Positions 1 to 12,269 of a stretch of DNA of 64,000 bases are shown one piece after another. The position numbers and the translations under genes are program-made. The stretch covers positions 372,682,001 through 372,746,000 of the forward strand of contig OZ024740.1 of assembly GCA_964016885.1 (NCBI GenBank), written 5' to 3'. Every line of letters starts with the position of its first letter. The first letter of the stretch is position 1. Source of the DNA: Eledone cirrhosa (Eukaryota). Under the pieces are notes generated by a model. It searched no databases. It was not told the origin of the DNA and saw only the letters and a list, made by a program, of their open reading frames with translations.

Positions 1-97
1 ACCATAACGCACCAGAGTACTCAATACTTAGGGTAGTAGAGTGGGTAATAGGAAAACGTTTAACCGCGACGGCAGAGCTCTGCCGTCGGGGTTAATC

Positions 98-100
<3 letters not shown>
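1..100. mobile_element. Fold-back fragment of the 'half-hammerhead' short repeat family (PLE-like 3' terminus)
   Basis: Bases 1-80 are the reverse complement of the family tail seen at ~29500-29585. The fragment folds back at the palindrome CGACGGCAGAGCTCTGCCGTCG and abuts (TA)n at 101-158. Confidence 0.7.
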
Positions 101-164
<64 letters not shown>

Positions 165-1071
165 GTTTAGTATGTTGTGGTAGCTCCCAAACTGACAGTA
201 AACTTTACCGAGGCTATGAAAATAACCAAAGTCTCACTGAGACTAATACTTTCTTTTCTGGGGGTAATCCTCTCACTGTGGTAATTATATTTGTGGTAAT
301 TATAAAGTCCAATTTATAGATAGGTATTTTGTGTTGCAGGGTTGCGTTGGTGATTATGGGTGAAAGGAGGTTATATAAAGTAGATTAGATAAATGTATTT
401 GAGTCAAAATGCCTAATTTTACGACAGAAAACAATTAGTTTGTCTGAGAGTTTATTTAGCTGACGGGTGTGATGTTAATTTATTGTTGTAGTTTGGTTTG
501 GAAACATTAGAGTTTAGATATGTGGGAGGTATTAATATATATGGTGAGAGCGGTCAAAATGATTAAATGTTCTGTCTCTGGAATAATAGTAAATGTAGGG
601 ATTTGGGCTGGTTATAGCGAAAACGAACATGCTTCTGTTTGAGTTTATAGAATAAACACATATTAATATATAAGATGGTATTCAGTCAGGAATCATGAAT
701 GGGGAAAACAAAAACATATGATATGTGGTTTGTACGAGAGAAAGAGAGAGACCTCTTGTTATACGTTACAGAGTTATACTTGCCGCGTAAGTCATTTAAT
801 CTGAGACTATGTTTTGAAACATATCAATTACATCATCGAGAAGTCATTTTAGTCATTTATAATACACGAAAACCGTTAACTTCAATTTATATTTAACATT
901 TATTTCTAGGTGTCAACTATTTGATAAATGTACAATGAAGTTAACAGTTTTTTTTTATGTTTTCGAACGCCAAAACGAATATTTCCTTGATGAAATTGGT
1001 CTATAGATACACTTATACATAAATATATGTATATGGCGAAACCGTTACGCACACACCCGCATATATATATA

Positions 1072-1718
1072 TAGGCCGAATTTGCTTGCACACCGCCAGA
1101 GATTCGATTTTACTAAGTATCCAATTAATTAATAACTCTAGAAGAAAATAATATAACTAATTAATTTAATTAGACAATTCTGTTGATTGGTTAATTATTT
1201 GTGTTTGTTTAATAACATCTGGTCGAGAGATTATTCTGATGGTTAGCGGAAATTAATATTTCCTTTGTCTAACATTTTGAATGACCTGCCAAAAACCGGG
1301 GGTTGTTTCCCTTGCGGCAACTATATATACGATATGCTGCACCTAGCGGTAACATTTAGCCTCTCACCCCGTTCTTTGGTAGAACCAAAACTTGTGATGA
1401 ACTGAATCCTCTGTTCGATCATGAATACCAAGAGCTTGCCAGTTACGTAAGTCTGATATTTGATTTCGGATTCATAGACACACTTTAAACGTATAACATT
1501 TGATTTGTCCAGGTGTATTTTTCTCAACCTGTTAGTTCTTTCGTTACTTTGGTATATTGTGTGTTAGATTTTGCCTACCACAATGTTCAATTTGTCAAGC
1601 TATTTAAAGGTATGTTATTACTCTGAGGACCTACCTTGTCGAGTGCTTTGCTAACTCATTCTCATAGTAGGCCGAATTTGCTTACACACCGCCAGAGATT
1701 CGATTTTACCTAGTATCC

Positions 1719-1764
<46 letters not shown>

Positions 1765-1991
1765 GGATACTAGGTAAAATCGAATCTCTGGCAGTGTGCA
1801 AGCAAATTCGTCCTACTATGAGAATGAGTTAGCAAAGCACTCGACAAGGTAGGTCCTCAGAGTAATAACATACCTTTAAATAGCTTGACAAATTGAACAT
1901 TGTGGTAGGCAAAATCTAACACACACTATACCAAAGTAACGAAAGAACAAACAGGTTGAGAAAAATACACCTGGACAAATCAAACGTTATA
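1072..1991. mobile_element. Non-coding terminally redundant element (596-bp period) plus an inverted partial copy across a (TA)n array
   Basis: TAGGCCGAATTTGC...TATCCAATT occurs at 1072-1126 and 1668-1722. Arms 1492-1722 and 1761-1991 are near-perfect inverted repeats separated by (TA)n. The element is flanked by TA runs. Confidence 0.75.
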
Positions 1992-2002
1992 TATATATAT
2001 AT

Positions 2003-2269
2003 ATAAATGGAAAAAAATGAAACAAAATTTCATTTCTCACTCTTAGTACAGCTGTTACTTAAATATAAGTATGTATACGTACATACATATATGTATACAG
2101 ACGTACAGTAGTATGTATATACATACATACATGCACATATACATATATATGTACGTATGGGTTTACCGAACATTTATTATAACGCTCGGTTTGTTTGTAA
2201 ACAAACAGCCCGTATTAAGCCGTACAGTGTTTAGCAACCATCGTTGCCCTTTTGTTCAACACTGACAAA
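2003..2269 (-). mobile_element. Partial, permuted copy of the HHR-bearing ~430-nt element found at 26.0-26.4 kb
   Basis: 2003-2110 matches ~26298-26400 and 2151-2269 matches ~26016-26133. TA runs lie on both sides. Confidence 0.75.
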
Positions 2270-2388
2270 TATATATATAAATATAATACGTAGATTCCCG
2301 AGTTGTGTTGAGAGGAGATGGGTAAATACAATTAAAAAAGGTACTCAATACATTGGTAGATTATTATATATAGCGAAATGGCTTCTAC

Positions 2389-2467
2389 GGGACTAGAACA
2401 GTTTCATTCGTATGAAATCATCAGGAATTCCCTGATAATTGCATTCGAATGAAACAGTTCTAATCCC
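2389..2467. ncRNA. Head-to-head pair of hammerhead-like cores without stem I
   Basis: The minus strand reads CTGATGA-T-TTC-ATAC-GAA-T-GAAA-CT-GTTCT-AG-TC. The plus arm is a decayed inverted copy (CTGATAA...GAAACAGTTCTAATC). No stem I partner is visible. Confidence 0.5.
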
Positions 2468-5284
2468 ATTAACTGTTCAATTGAACCTTCCAACATTAAT
2501 CATAAAGGTCCCCACGCAGAGTGAGCGATGTAATGTCTTTTGCACCAAGAATGGAAACCTTTAGCCCGGCAAGTTGAGCACTCTAAATATACAAGGATAT
2601 AAAGCAATAGACAGAACTAGAATGGAGTTATATGAGATTTACTAATCTACAAAGAACACACCAACACAAACAAACACAATTTACAATAAATTGTTGAGGC
2701 ACTACTCTTCGATTAGAAATCCACCACTATGGATTATATATTTCACTTTACACGCACGAGGAATCACATCGTCGCACATAATCTATATCGATGACATCCC
2801 TACCGCACAATATAAGAACTAGACTGATATACATATACCCCAATGAATGCAAACAAATGGATATGAATTTTGTTGAAATAAATATTATCTAATATAAATA
2901 CATATGAATACAAAGGAAATTGCAATAAAGACTATTACATACCGTAGGTGCACATATATACACATATATAGTGTTAATGTGTGTGTTGGTGTGAGGAACA
3001 TGAATATGTGTGTATCTGTGCGGATGTTTCTGTGTGTTTGCAGATGTGTATGTGTGTCAGAGAGAAAGAAAGGGTGTGAGAGAGACAGCGCGAGAGAGAG
3101 AAAAAGAAACATAGTGATTTAATGTAAGAATTGAAGGAGTGTAGAATTTATTATGTTTTTGTCAGTTTGCAGTTTTGTGATCAGTGGCCCAAGAAGGCAA
3201 AGTAAATCTGATGAAGATTGCATATTCAGACAACAGTCGCCAGTCTTTGTGTGTATTTTGTGATACTTTTAATGCAATACTTAGTGTTTTGCCAATTTCT
3301 TCCTCCACATACGCCTACATTTACGTGCATATAGAAAAGCGTGCATTCACACAAACTCACATAAACACAGATATACACACGCATATATATGAGCGGATCT
3401 AATTATAGAAGCAATTGAAATATATATTAGCCAATATAGTGTTAAACTGTTTGCATTCTATCATAGTGCGTCTGATCAGACTTTTATATGAAGTTGAAAG
3501 CTGTAGGGAATTAATATCAGGTGAGCCCTTTCCTTTGAATTAAATGATTTTTTTTCTAGTTTATCCACACATTATCGTCCAATGATTTATAAAACAAACC
3601 AATAATCTAATGGATTTATGCCATGAACACTTATCCTTCTCCTGAGCATGGACTAACCATTTCTATTTTAATAAATATACCCTTCATATTTTCTAAAAAT
3701 TGCAAGGCATAATTTTAAAAGATTACGTTGTTGTTTCTTCCATATAGTGTGAACACAAGTCTCTGTAATAAAGCCAATATAACGCCAAAAGCAAGGCGCT
3801 GTGGAGGGAACTGAAAGATATGTTGAGGAGTTTATGTTCATCTTGATTTAATTAAATATCGAATATTTTTAGCTTATAGTTTGGGATTAACAATATTTTA
3901 ATACTTAGGCCAACAATATACTAAGATTCGTTGATCTCCGTTCATCATCACTCGACTTAATGCTGGATATATGCATATGAGTGAACTGGAATCTTTTTGT
4001 CAAGTGAATGCAACATCCATTATATCCACTAAGTGTTTAAACCCCTGTTGCATGGTTACTAAATGCCTCTATTCAGCAGAAGCAAGAGGGTAGCAACAGA
4101 TTCTGGCTGTGTGGTCGTTGTAAAGTTTACACACCATTCCTCGCCACATATTGCAACTCAAATACTAAGTTTTAACGTTTATATATATAGGCTACATGCC
4201 CTTCCTCGCCGATATATATATATATCAATTGTGATGATGATACCATGCGCGGAAATGCTATAAGATGGCCTATAACAGAGTGTGAAGGCACATAAAGTCG
4301 GAAAAAAAGAATTTGCCATAGTCCTCTGCGAGGAATCGAACTAGGTATCCACTAGACACTCAATGTCATTGATGATAAGGTAAACAAATTTGCCTCATAT
4401 CCTGCTAACCATGGCATCAAAAGCATGAAACCTATTCTTACTCACCAGGAACACACTGCACAGAACAAATTAATTCAAAAACGTCTTTCAATACCTTACT
4501 CTAGTCCTTCTACACACACATATACCCCCCCCCCCCACACACACACACGTATATATATATATATATAAAATGCACACATTAGAACGTCGAGGATATCAAA
4601 AAACAAGTACCAAAATATTCGAAAAACGAATGATACATTTTCACAATTTATACGCTATTCTATACGTAGAAATCTAGTGAAAAAAAATAGAAAAGAAAGA
4701 AAAAGGAGAACATCACAGGGGGTTTCCTATGCCAATATACTACGTGTACTAGAATCTTTATCCGAGTAAGGAAAATGTTCAGCCAAAATGACAGAACGCA
4801 ACATTAATGTGAGGAATGTTGATAAATAATAGTGATGAGTCGATTTTCTCTGTCGGCAACTTGCCAAAACAAGAAGGTATATTTGTTACTTTAAATATTG
4901 CTTTAAGCTACTGGAATACGCCATGTAGAGATTGCATGAGAAAAGCTGGATTAAGAAATGGATAAGAAAGATAAGAAAATCAACGCTCTCTTTTCAAACT
5001 ATAATTTTCATCAATTTTCTAAATTGTGAAGATAAATTTCTTTCGAGTGTTTGCGTCTTTTTTTTCTCTTTTTTTGTTGTATATATAGTGAAATGAAAAA
5101 CGAAAGAACTATATATCTCACTTTCAAATTCACCTAATCTCTTCACTGCTTCACATGCACATAAGAACACAAAACACAACAAAAAATATACATTTAGACA
5201 AACACACCCACACATACAACTTGCCCCTCTGTCTATGTATATAAATATGAATATAAATAAATAAATATATATACATATATATGC

Positions 5285-5328
<44 letters not shown>

Positions 5329-5338
<10 letters not shown>

Positions 5339-5788
5339 CGTAAAATAAGAAAATTATAAAATTAACTTACTTACTAAAATTTCACTCCCAACTAATTAGT
5401 TTCTGAAATGGAATAAATATACTTTCCGAAGAAAATATATAGAATCATTTCGTCGTCAGGGAAGACTATTCTCAGCTAAGTATCCAGGCAAAGTGTGGAC
5501 TCTGGAAACTTATTCAAAAATAATTCAGTGGATAGAAAATAGCAAAGCGTGGACTGAATTCCTAGCCACGCTTTGCCTGGATACTTAGCTGAGAATAGTC
5601 TTCCCTGACGACGAAATGATTATCAATATTTTCTTCGGAAAGTATATTTATTCCATTTCAGAAACTAATTAGTTAGGAGTGAAATTTTAGTAAGTAAGTT
5701 AATTTTATAATTATCTTATTTTACGTCTCTCATATTATTGTTCTGCAACCCCATGCATTGAACCACAAAGTTACTAAGACAAAACCTA
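5329..5788. mobile_element. Fold-back insertion in (TA)n with ~170-bp inverted arms
   Basis: 5329-5498 and 5566-5735 are near-perfect inverted repeats with a 67-nt spacer and a short unique 3' extension. It is bounded by TA runs. Confidence 0.75.
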
Positions 5789-5829
5789 TATATTTGCTAG
5801 CATTGATATGCATCTGTATGTATATATAT

Positions 5830-8478
5830 GTTACTAGATATTAATTCTTTATAATTATCTCCAAATTATTTGTCGAGCAATATTGGCCAAGACTATGGTA
5901 GCAGGCAGGCCGCTGTCTTATTAACAAACCACTTTCCACAGATTGACCTCGATGTCACGTGATTGATTCTTTTTGAATTTGCCACCGACGCAGAGGCAGT
6001 GATTTTCTCAACCGCTCGTGTATTAAACATATCCTGAGACATCTCAACCGCCAATTACACATCCATAAGCGGACACTCTCAGAGCGGACACATCGACTAA
6101 CAATAACACGCGGCGACTTGCTCCTTAAAATCACAAAAGCAATCGACCAGTGCTACCACTCCAGAGTCCAACACGAACAAAAAAACGGTTCAAGCGGAAA
6201 TATAAGTGGATCTTGTCTAAACTCCACAACGAAAACACCGACACTAACAAACAGACAGACCAGAACCACGTGGAAGACAACAACGTAACAACCGCCGCCG
6301 TCGCATCCACCAACACCGAACCACACCTCAACGATGAGACGCACCTGGTCACCAACCTAACCGGCACCCTCACGAACGACGAGCTGAAACTCCTACACCT
6401 CGGACCCAAGTTCATCGTCTCACAACTACTCGACGACAGACTCAAACTCGACATCGAAGCCAACTTCTGTTGAGCCGCCTACCAACTTAAATGGGTGACC
6501 GCCATCAACAGCGCCACGGAAAATAACCGCGCCCACGCACCCCCCCACCAGTTCCACACTTACCACCTCGACAACCTACTCCCCTCCCCCACCCACCAAC
6601 CACGAACTCGACACTAAACTCATCAAGTTAAAACACTCCATCTCGTATATTCTACACAACACATACACACAGGCACAACACACAACCTCACCGAATCTCA
6701 ACTCACCACTCTCTCCAGCCTGAAATCGAAGAACCTCATCTACCTCCCCTCCGTCAAGGGAAAATAATTCTGCGTCATCAGCAGAGAGGCCTACAACACC
6801 CTGGATCTCCAACACCTTGACGATGACAACCTCTATTCAAAAGTCACAGGAATCACTCTCGCGCAGATAGAGGAGCACATCAACGCCGCCTGGACCAACA
6901 TCTGAGACTGGCGGAAGCTCCCAAATAAGCTGAGATACAACAGCTGACTACCCGCCTCTACCACCTTGTGAAAACACTCAAACAGGGACCCGACCTGAAG
7001 ATTAGACCCATTGTATCGAGCGTGGAAGGTCCGCGCTACAAAATTTCATGGCTCCTAGCCAGAATACTCAAACCCATCATAGATACCTTGCCAGGACACG
7101 TAAACAGCTCCGAAGAGGTGTTGGAACGCCTGCATCAAATGGGTCCCGACACCAGAAAGGCCTTCAGCTTTAATGTAGTCGCTCTTTACACCTGGGTCCC
7201 GGCACTCCCGGCCGTTGATATACTGATGGAACGCGTCCAATCTACCGACCTACACTGCTTCGGGCTCACCCCCAATGTCATCCACCAACTCCTATCCGTC
7301 GTCACTGGCAACACATACTTCGGCTTTCTCGACCAAACATACCAGCACACCTCGGGGTTGCCCATGGGCTCAAGCCTGTCGGGTGTGCTAGCGATCTCAT
7401 ACATGGACAGCCTCGAGGGAAAGCCACTCAATACCTGCCACCCCAACGCCGTCGCCTTTTTCTCAAGGTACGTGGACGATATCCTCATCCTCACATCTTC
7501 CCAGGAGATGGCGAACGGAATTTATGAGAGGTTCAACAACACTTGCCCTCCTCGACTTCCGAATCAACATCACGGAACAGGGAGGGATCCACACCAACTT
7601 CTACCGTAAGGCAGCCTGCAGGGACTTGTTTGTCCACTACAATTCTGCTCTAATAGTGCAAAAAGAGGGTACGTCACGAACTAGATCACGAATAAGAGAC
7701 ACCAGACGCAAGAGGCAGAGAAACAACCAAGGCAAGTGCTTCCTTAAAATACCACACCTGGGAGAGAATACCACCAACGCTATCCGCAGGGTTAAACGGA
7801 GGGAGGGCCTCGACATCCACCTGGCCCACACGGGCCCCTCTCTGCGAAGATGCCTCTCCAGGAAACCCGGGAAATCCACTGACCCGTGTTCCCTCAGAAA
7901 CTGCCCGATGCGCCATACGAACTGTTTCTTACGCACCTACGTCGTGTATAAGGTAGAATGTGACAAGTGCAACCACTACTATATCGGTAGCACAATCCGG
8001 CCGCTACACATACGGATCAAGGAGCACATCAACACCAGGGCCTCGTCTTTCCTGAAACACGTAACCAAATGCGGAAACAAAGCCGGAAGGCCCATTGACA
8101 CAGTGCTAGTGACAGAACGCAACGTCGGCTCGTTACGAATCAAGGAAGCACTTTTGATCAAACGCATAGGGCCACAAATAAATAACCGATCCGGGAGAAG
8201 CGAAATGAAGTGGTTGGTGTAAACAAACGAGACACCAATACACGCACACACACACACAAGCGAGACAACAACACACGCACACACACACATACATACACAC
8301 AGTAGCATTCCACCAAACAAGCAGACGAATACCACCAACATACGAATATACTACACTGCTAATACAGAAACCATCACAGATAGATAATACAATGGATTGA
8401 CAGCTAACGCCACCCCACCCGGAGAATTAACCATCTGCATTGTTCATGCTTCCAAAACGACCAAAAGAAAATAAACCA
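5830..8478 (+). mobile_element. Penelope-like retroelement, decayed (RT + C-terminal GIY-YIG endonuclease)
   Basis: PLE N-terminal motif VTNLT...ELKLLHLGPKF (6150-6473). RT motifs RPIVS, SFNVVALY, GLPMGSSLS and RYVDDI (6968-7530). GIY-YIG YVVYKVECDKCNHYYIGST...RIKEH...KEALLI (7524-8222). Outer boundaries are approximate. Confidence 0.9.
6150..8222 (+). pseudogene. Disrupted PLE RT/GIY-YIG polyprotein
   Basis: Consecutive ORF pieces are broken by stops and frameshifts. The thumb region appears deleted after HYNSAL (~7655). Confidence 0.85.
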
Positions 8479-8479
8479 T

Positions 8480-8530
<51 letters not shown>

Positions 8531-9379
8531 ATAACTAGAAATTAATTAACATATATGTAAACATGAATAATCACAGGAGATAATTTTTACAAGTGTGTAA
8601 CCACTTGTGTGGTTACACACTTGTAAAAATTATCTCCTGTGATTATTCATGTTTACATATATGTTAATCAATTTCTAGTTATTATAAAATGCTCGGACCT
8701 ACTCGTTAGAATCTCGTAGCTTATTTTCCGGGTGATATGGCGCATGTCTTTCTGACATGACACCGATAATTTTGATTTAGATTGAATTCATTTAATTATC
8801 TTAATTTTGGATATAGATATATAAATACGGCTCCTTAATTGTAGAGCTAACTCTGTTGAAAGGACTCGACTGCTGTTTCTAGTTGTCGATAACCCTATTC
8901 ACGCCACTGGGACGAAGCAACTATGATGTGTGTATTTATAGTAAATACAACACGTGGTAATAGCCAGTTGCAGATTTGAACTTGAAATGTAAGCGCGGAT
9001 GGCTGGAAAATTTTCTTCCTTGTTGAAAATTCAAAATCTCCACTTCCGTGGTTTACCATCTGATTAATTGGTGAAATATATTTCTTTAATGGAATATATA
9101 CAGGGAAGATTAATCATATTATAAGGTATATATTTTTGAAGTTCTAGTCAACTTTATTTAGTTACCTACCTAGCTATGTGTGGTTACACACTTGTAAAAA
9201 TTATCTCCTGTGATTATTCATGTTTATATATATGTTAATCAATTTCTAGTTATTATAAAATGCTCGGACCTACTCGTTAGAATCTTGGAGCTTATTTTCT
9301 GGGTGATATGGCGCATGCCTTTCTGGCATGACACCCATAATTTTGATTTAGATTGAATTCATTTAATTTATCTTAATGT

Positions 9380-9381
<2 letters not shown>
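8531..9381 (+). mobile_element. Non-coding element with ~200-bp direct repeats (571-bp period) and an inverted 5' segment, like a PLE pseudo-LTR arrangement
   Basis: Near-perfect hairpin 8531-8604 / 8609-8682. Direct repeat 8606-8810 vs 9177-9381. (TA)n on both sides. Strand is assigned from the position of the inversion. Confidence 0.75.
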
Positions 9382-9434
<53 letters not shown>

Positions 9435-9435
<1 letters not shown>

Positions 9436-10410
9436 CTCGGAAAGGTTGTTTCGCCCTGGGGTTCTGTCAGACTTGGAATCCACCGTGCAACCGATTATTG
9501 ACCGCCAAACAGTACCTTTAAATTCTAGGCTTAATCGTAACTCTTAATTTAATCATGCCTCCTTCTACTAGCACTCAATCAGTACGAATAACTGGTAATC
9601 ATTTGGTATATAAGATGGTCAGCTGGCGGTAGCGGACTTCCCGCTAGCACACCCGACGCTTAAGACAGTTAGCATTCCTGGAGTGATCGGAAAAATAAAT
9701 TTACTTCTTTCGCTAGACGAAAATACTTTGAACGGTTGACACGGCGTTGGGCCCCGGGCTGGCGTTGCTGGTTAATGACCGCTAAGAATGGGCTTAATCC
9801 TTACTCTATATTTTACCCTGAAACTTTATCGTGACTACCTAAACCTTTTCATAAAAGACTCCTTCTGTAAATTCTTTAACTAAATCTCCCAACTTTAACG
9901 TAAATCTTACTTTTCTAATTTCATCTTAAATGGCATCTTTTAACTCTAAAAATAAATTTAACGTTTCTAATTGTTAATCGTAATTTCTGACCATACAATA
10001 TACTGTTCAGACGCCCTATATATAACTTTGTTAGAGCTATATGTTATTTGAAAAAAAATATTTTTCGCTGCTGCACTTTCTAGCACTCCTGACCGCTGGC
10101 CTGTCTATGACGGCTGTTGTACTAGTACACTATAAGCCTTCGCCCCTTCTCCCCTTCGCCAGAAGGACATAAGAAGACTTAATAATCATCACATGAGGGC
10201 GGTTGAGCGGGCTAAAAGCTGCTAAATGTACGGCCGCCCTCATGTCTCTTCTTTTCAGCCCCATGGATTTTGTCTATTATATTCCTTTGTTATATTTCAA
10301 ATACCTGATGATGTCATCAGATTCATACAGAACCCGGTCACTGAAATGATCATAGTATAATAATAATTTTAAGGAATTACACCAGCGCAGGTTCCTGTTA
10401 TTTTATAATA
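9435..10410 (+). mobile_element. 5'-truncated PLE relic (eroded GIY-YIG end, 3' UTR and HHR)
   Basis: Frameshifted translation gives KGCFALGFCQTW, LNSRLNRNS-NLI, QY..TGNHL and a terminal GLN, resembling a Neptune-type zinc-linker/GIY-YIG C-terminus. An HHR lies at 10301-10358. It is inserted between TA arrays. Confidence 0.6.
10301..10358 (+). ncRNA. Type I hammerhead ribozyme motif
   Basis: Stem I ATAC/GTAT, core CTGATGA (10305-11), eroded long stem II, GAAA (10343-46), palindromic stem III ATGATCAT, cleavage triplet AUA. Confidence 0.75.
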
Positions 10411-10683
10411 TATATATACATATATATATATGTGTAAATATGAAGATTTATATATATGAATTTATATATATGAAGATTTATAAATATGAAGATTTATATA
10501 TATTTATATATTTATATCAAATAATGTCTTAGCTACCATTATTTAATAAATGAATACACCGTCACTTATTATCACCCACTTGAGACAAATTGTTGTCACG
10601 TAGTGGTTTGGTTCGCTCTCTGACATGCTTAGCCTCAATGCAAGAGCTAATATAAATAACACGCTTCTGCAACTATATATATA

Positions 10684-10721
10684 TAGCTGTCAAAAAAGCC
10701 GGAGCTCGGCCGTCGGACTCA

Positions 10722-10727
<6 letters not shown>
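10684..10727 (+). repeat. Half-hammerhead family fragment
   Basis: TAGCTGTCAAAAAAGCCGGAGCTCGGCCGTCGGACTCATGACTC is similar to 19564-19610 and 24407-24452. Confidence 0.55.
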
Positions 10728-10811
<84 letters not shown>

Positions 10812-11026
10812 GGGAACAAAGAATCAGTGTTACATCATATACATATTTAATCACATATTACATATGTTTCACTGCCGATCAGCTCAAGGACCGATCTATT
10901 ATGTTAGTTCTTGACACTGATTCTTTGTTCCCTAATAAATATTAATGATACTCTGCTCCTCAATAGCATCGAGTGCTCATCTTGGCACTCCGCCTGTGAA
11001 CGCAAACCAACTACAACCTTATTACT

Positions 11027-11105
<79 letters not shown>

Positions 11106-11479
11106 ATAATAATAAAATTGAAGACTAAAATCCAAAGAGGGCTCGATATATAGGATTAAATATATATATACATTAAATATATATATAGGATTAAATATAT
11201 ATATACATGTAAAACCACTTTAAGGCGTGAAATAATCAGATCTAGCGTAGTGTCAAATTTGAACAAAGTATTTTGATTAATGTGTGTGCGAGAGCCGAAA
11301 AGGTGGAAATTTGAGTCTAAAAGTGGTATCTTTGAATATTTAAGCGGCTGCCACGCCATCCCTGAAAAACAAATGCAAAATACAAAGCCAATACAGGATC
11401 GGCAATGATAAATTCTATTTTGCTTTAAAATTTGAACGAAATCGGTGGCAAAATGTGGGAGCAAGAGCTAAAAATCTTA

Positions 11480-11702
11480 TTTTTCGATACCTAAAAAAAG
11501 GTGACCGCCCTATCGATTTTTATCTGCAGAATGACCCTGAATAAAAAAACAAAACGATACGCTGATACATAGAAAACACTCCCCGATGACTAATCTATGA
11601 GCCTGTAAAGTTTCATGAAAATCGGTCGTAAGATATAGGCACCTATAGGTAATACACAGACACACAGACACACACATACTTAATTTTATATATATACAGA
11701 TT
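11480..11702. mobile_element. Possible non-autonomous Helitron/HINE-like end
   Basis: AAGTTTCATGAAAATCGGTC...ACAGACACACAGACAC...TTTTATATATATACAGAT resembles the termini of invertebrate non-autonomous Helitrons. This is pattern recall only. Confidence 0.35.
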
Positions 11703-11721
11703 TGAATTAACATTATTTGCA

Positions 11722-11838
11722 TGAGTTCAAATCCCGCCGAGGTTGACTTTGCCTTTCATCCTTAAGGGGTCGATAAAATAAAGTACCAGTAATGCACTGG
11801 GTAATTGCTGGCCTTGTGCCTAAAGTAGAAACAATTAT
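11722..11838 (+). mobile_element. tRNA-derived SINE family A, 5'-truncated
   Basis: B box GAGTTCAAATCC, body GACTTTGCCTTTCATCC...GTCGATAAAATAAAGTACCAGT, near-TSD ATTATTTRCATG. Confidence 0.85.
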
Positions 11839-12269
11839 TTACATGCTATTTTTATGTATATTTATCGATTTTCTAATATTAGTATTCGAATCGACTGTTC
11901 AAGCACAGTTTCGGAAGAATTTATCTAAATTCTGCTGGTAGGTCACTATTCCCTGATTTATATAGGATTAAAATTAATGAAAGTACTTGAATAATAGCAA
12001 TACTGGAGTTTTAGTTGTTTGAAATTGGTAGTGGCTTATGCCAAACACGGTGTGGGAGATCAGATTTCGTCTAGAACCTGTTATGGGAATAGATTCATTA
12101 TTAATGTGAATTGAAAATTGAAATAGTATATTGGACATACAAATGGAATAGTTTATAGTTGGTGAAATATCTCATAACAGGAAATATGCTCAATTGTTTC
12201 GGAGCTGTTGACTGGCTTATTCGACAAAATGTAATGAACCCTCGTTACTGTTTTTCTTAAAACTAACCA

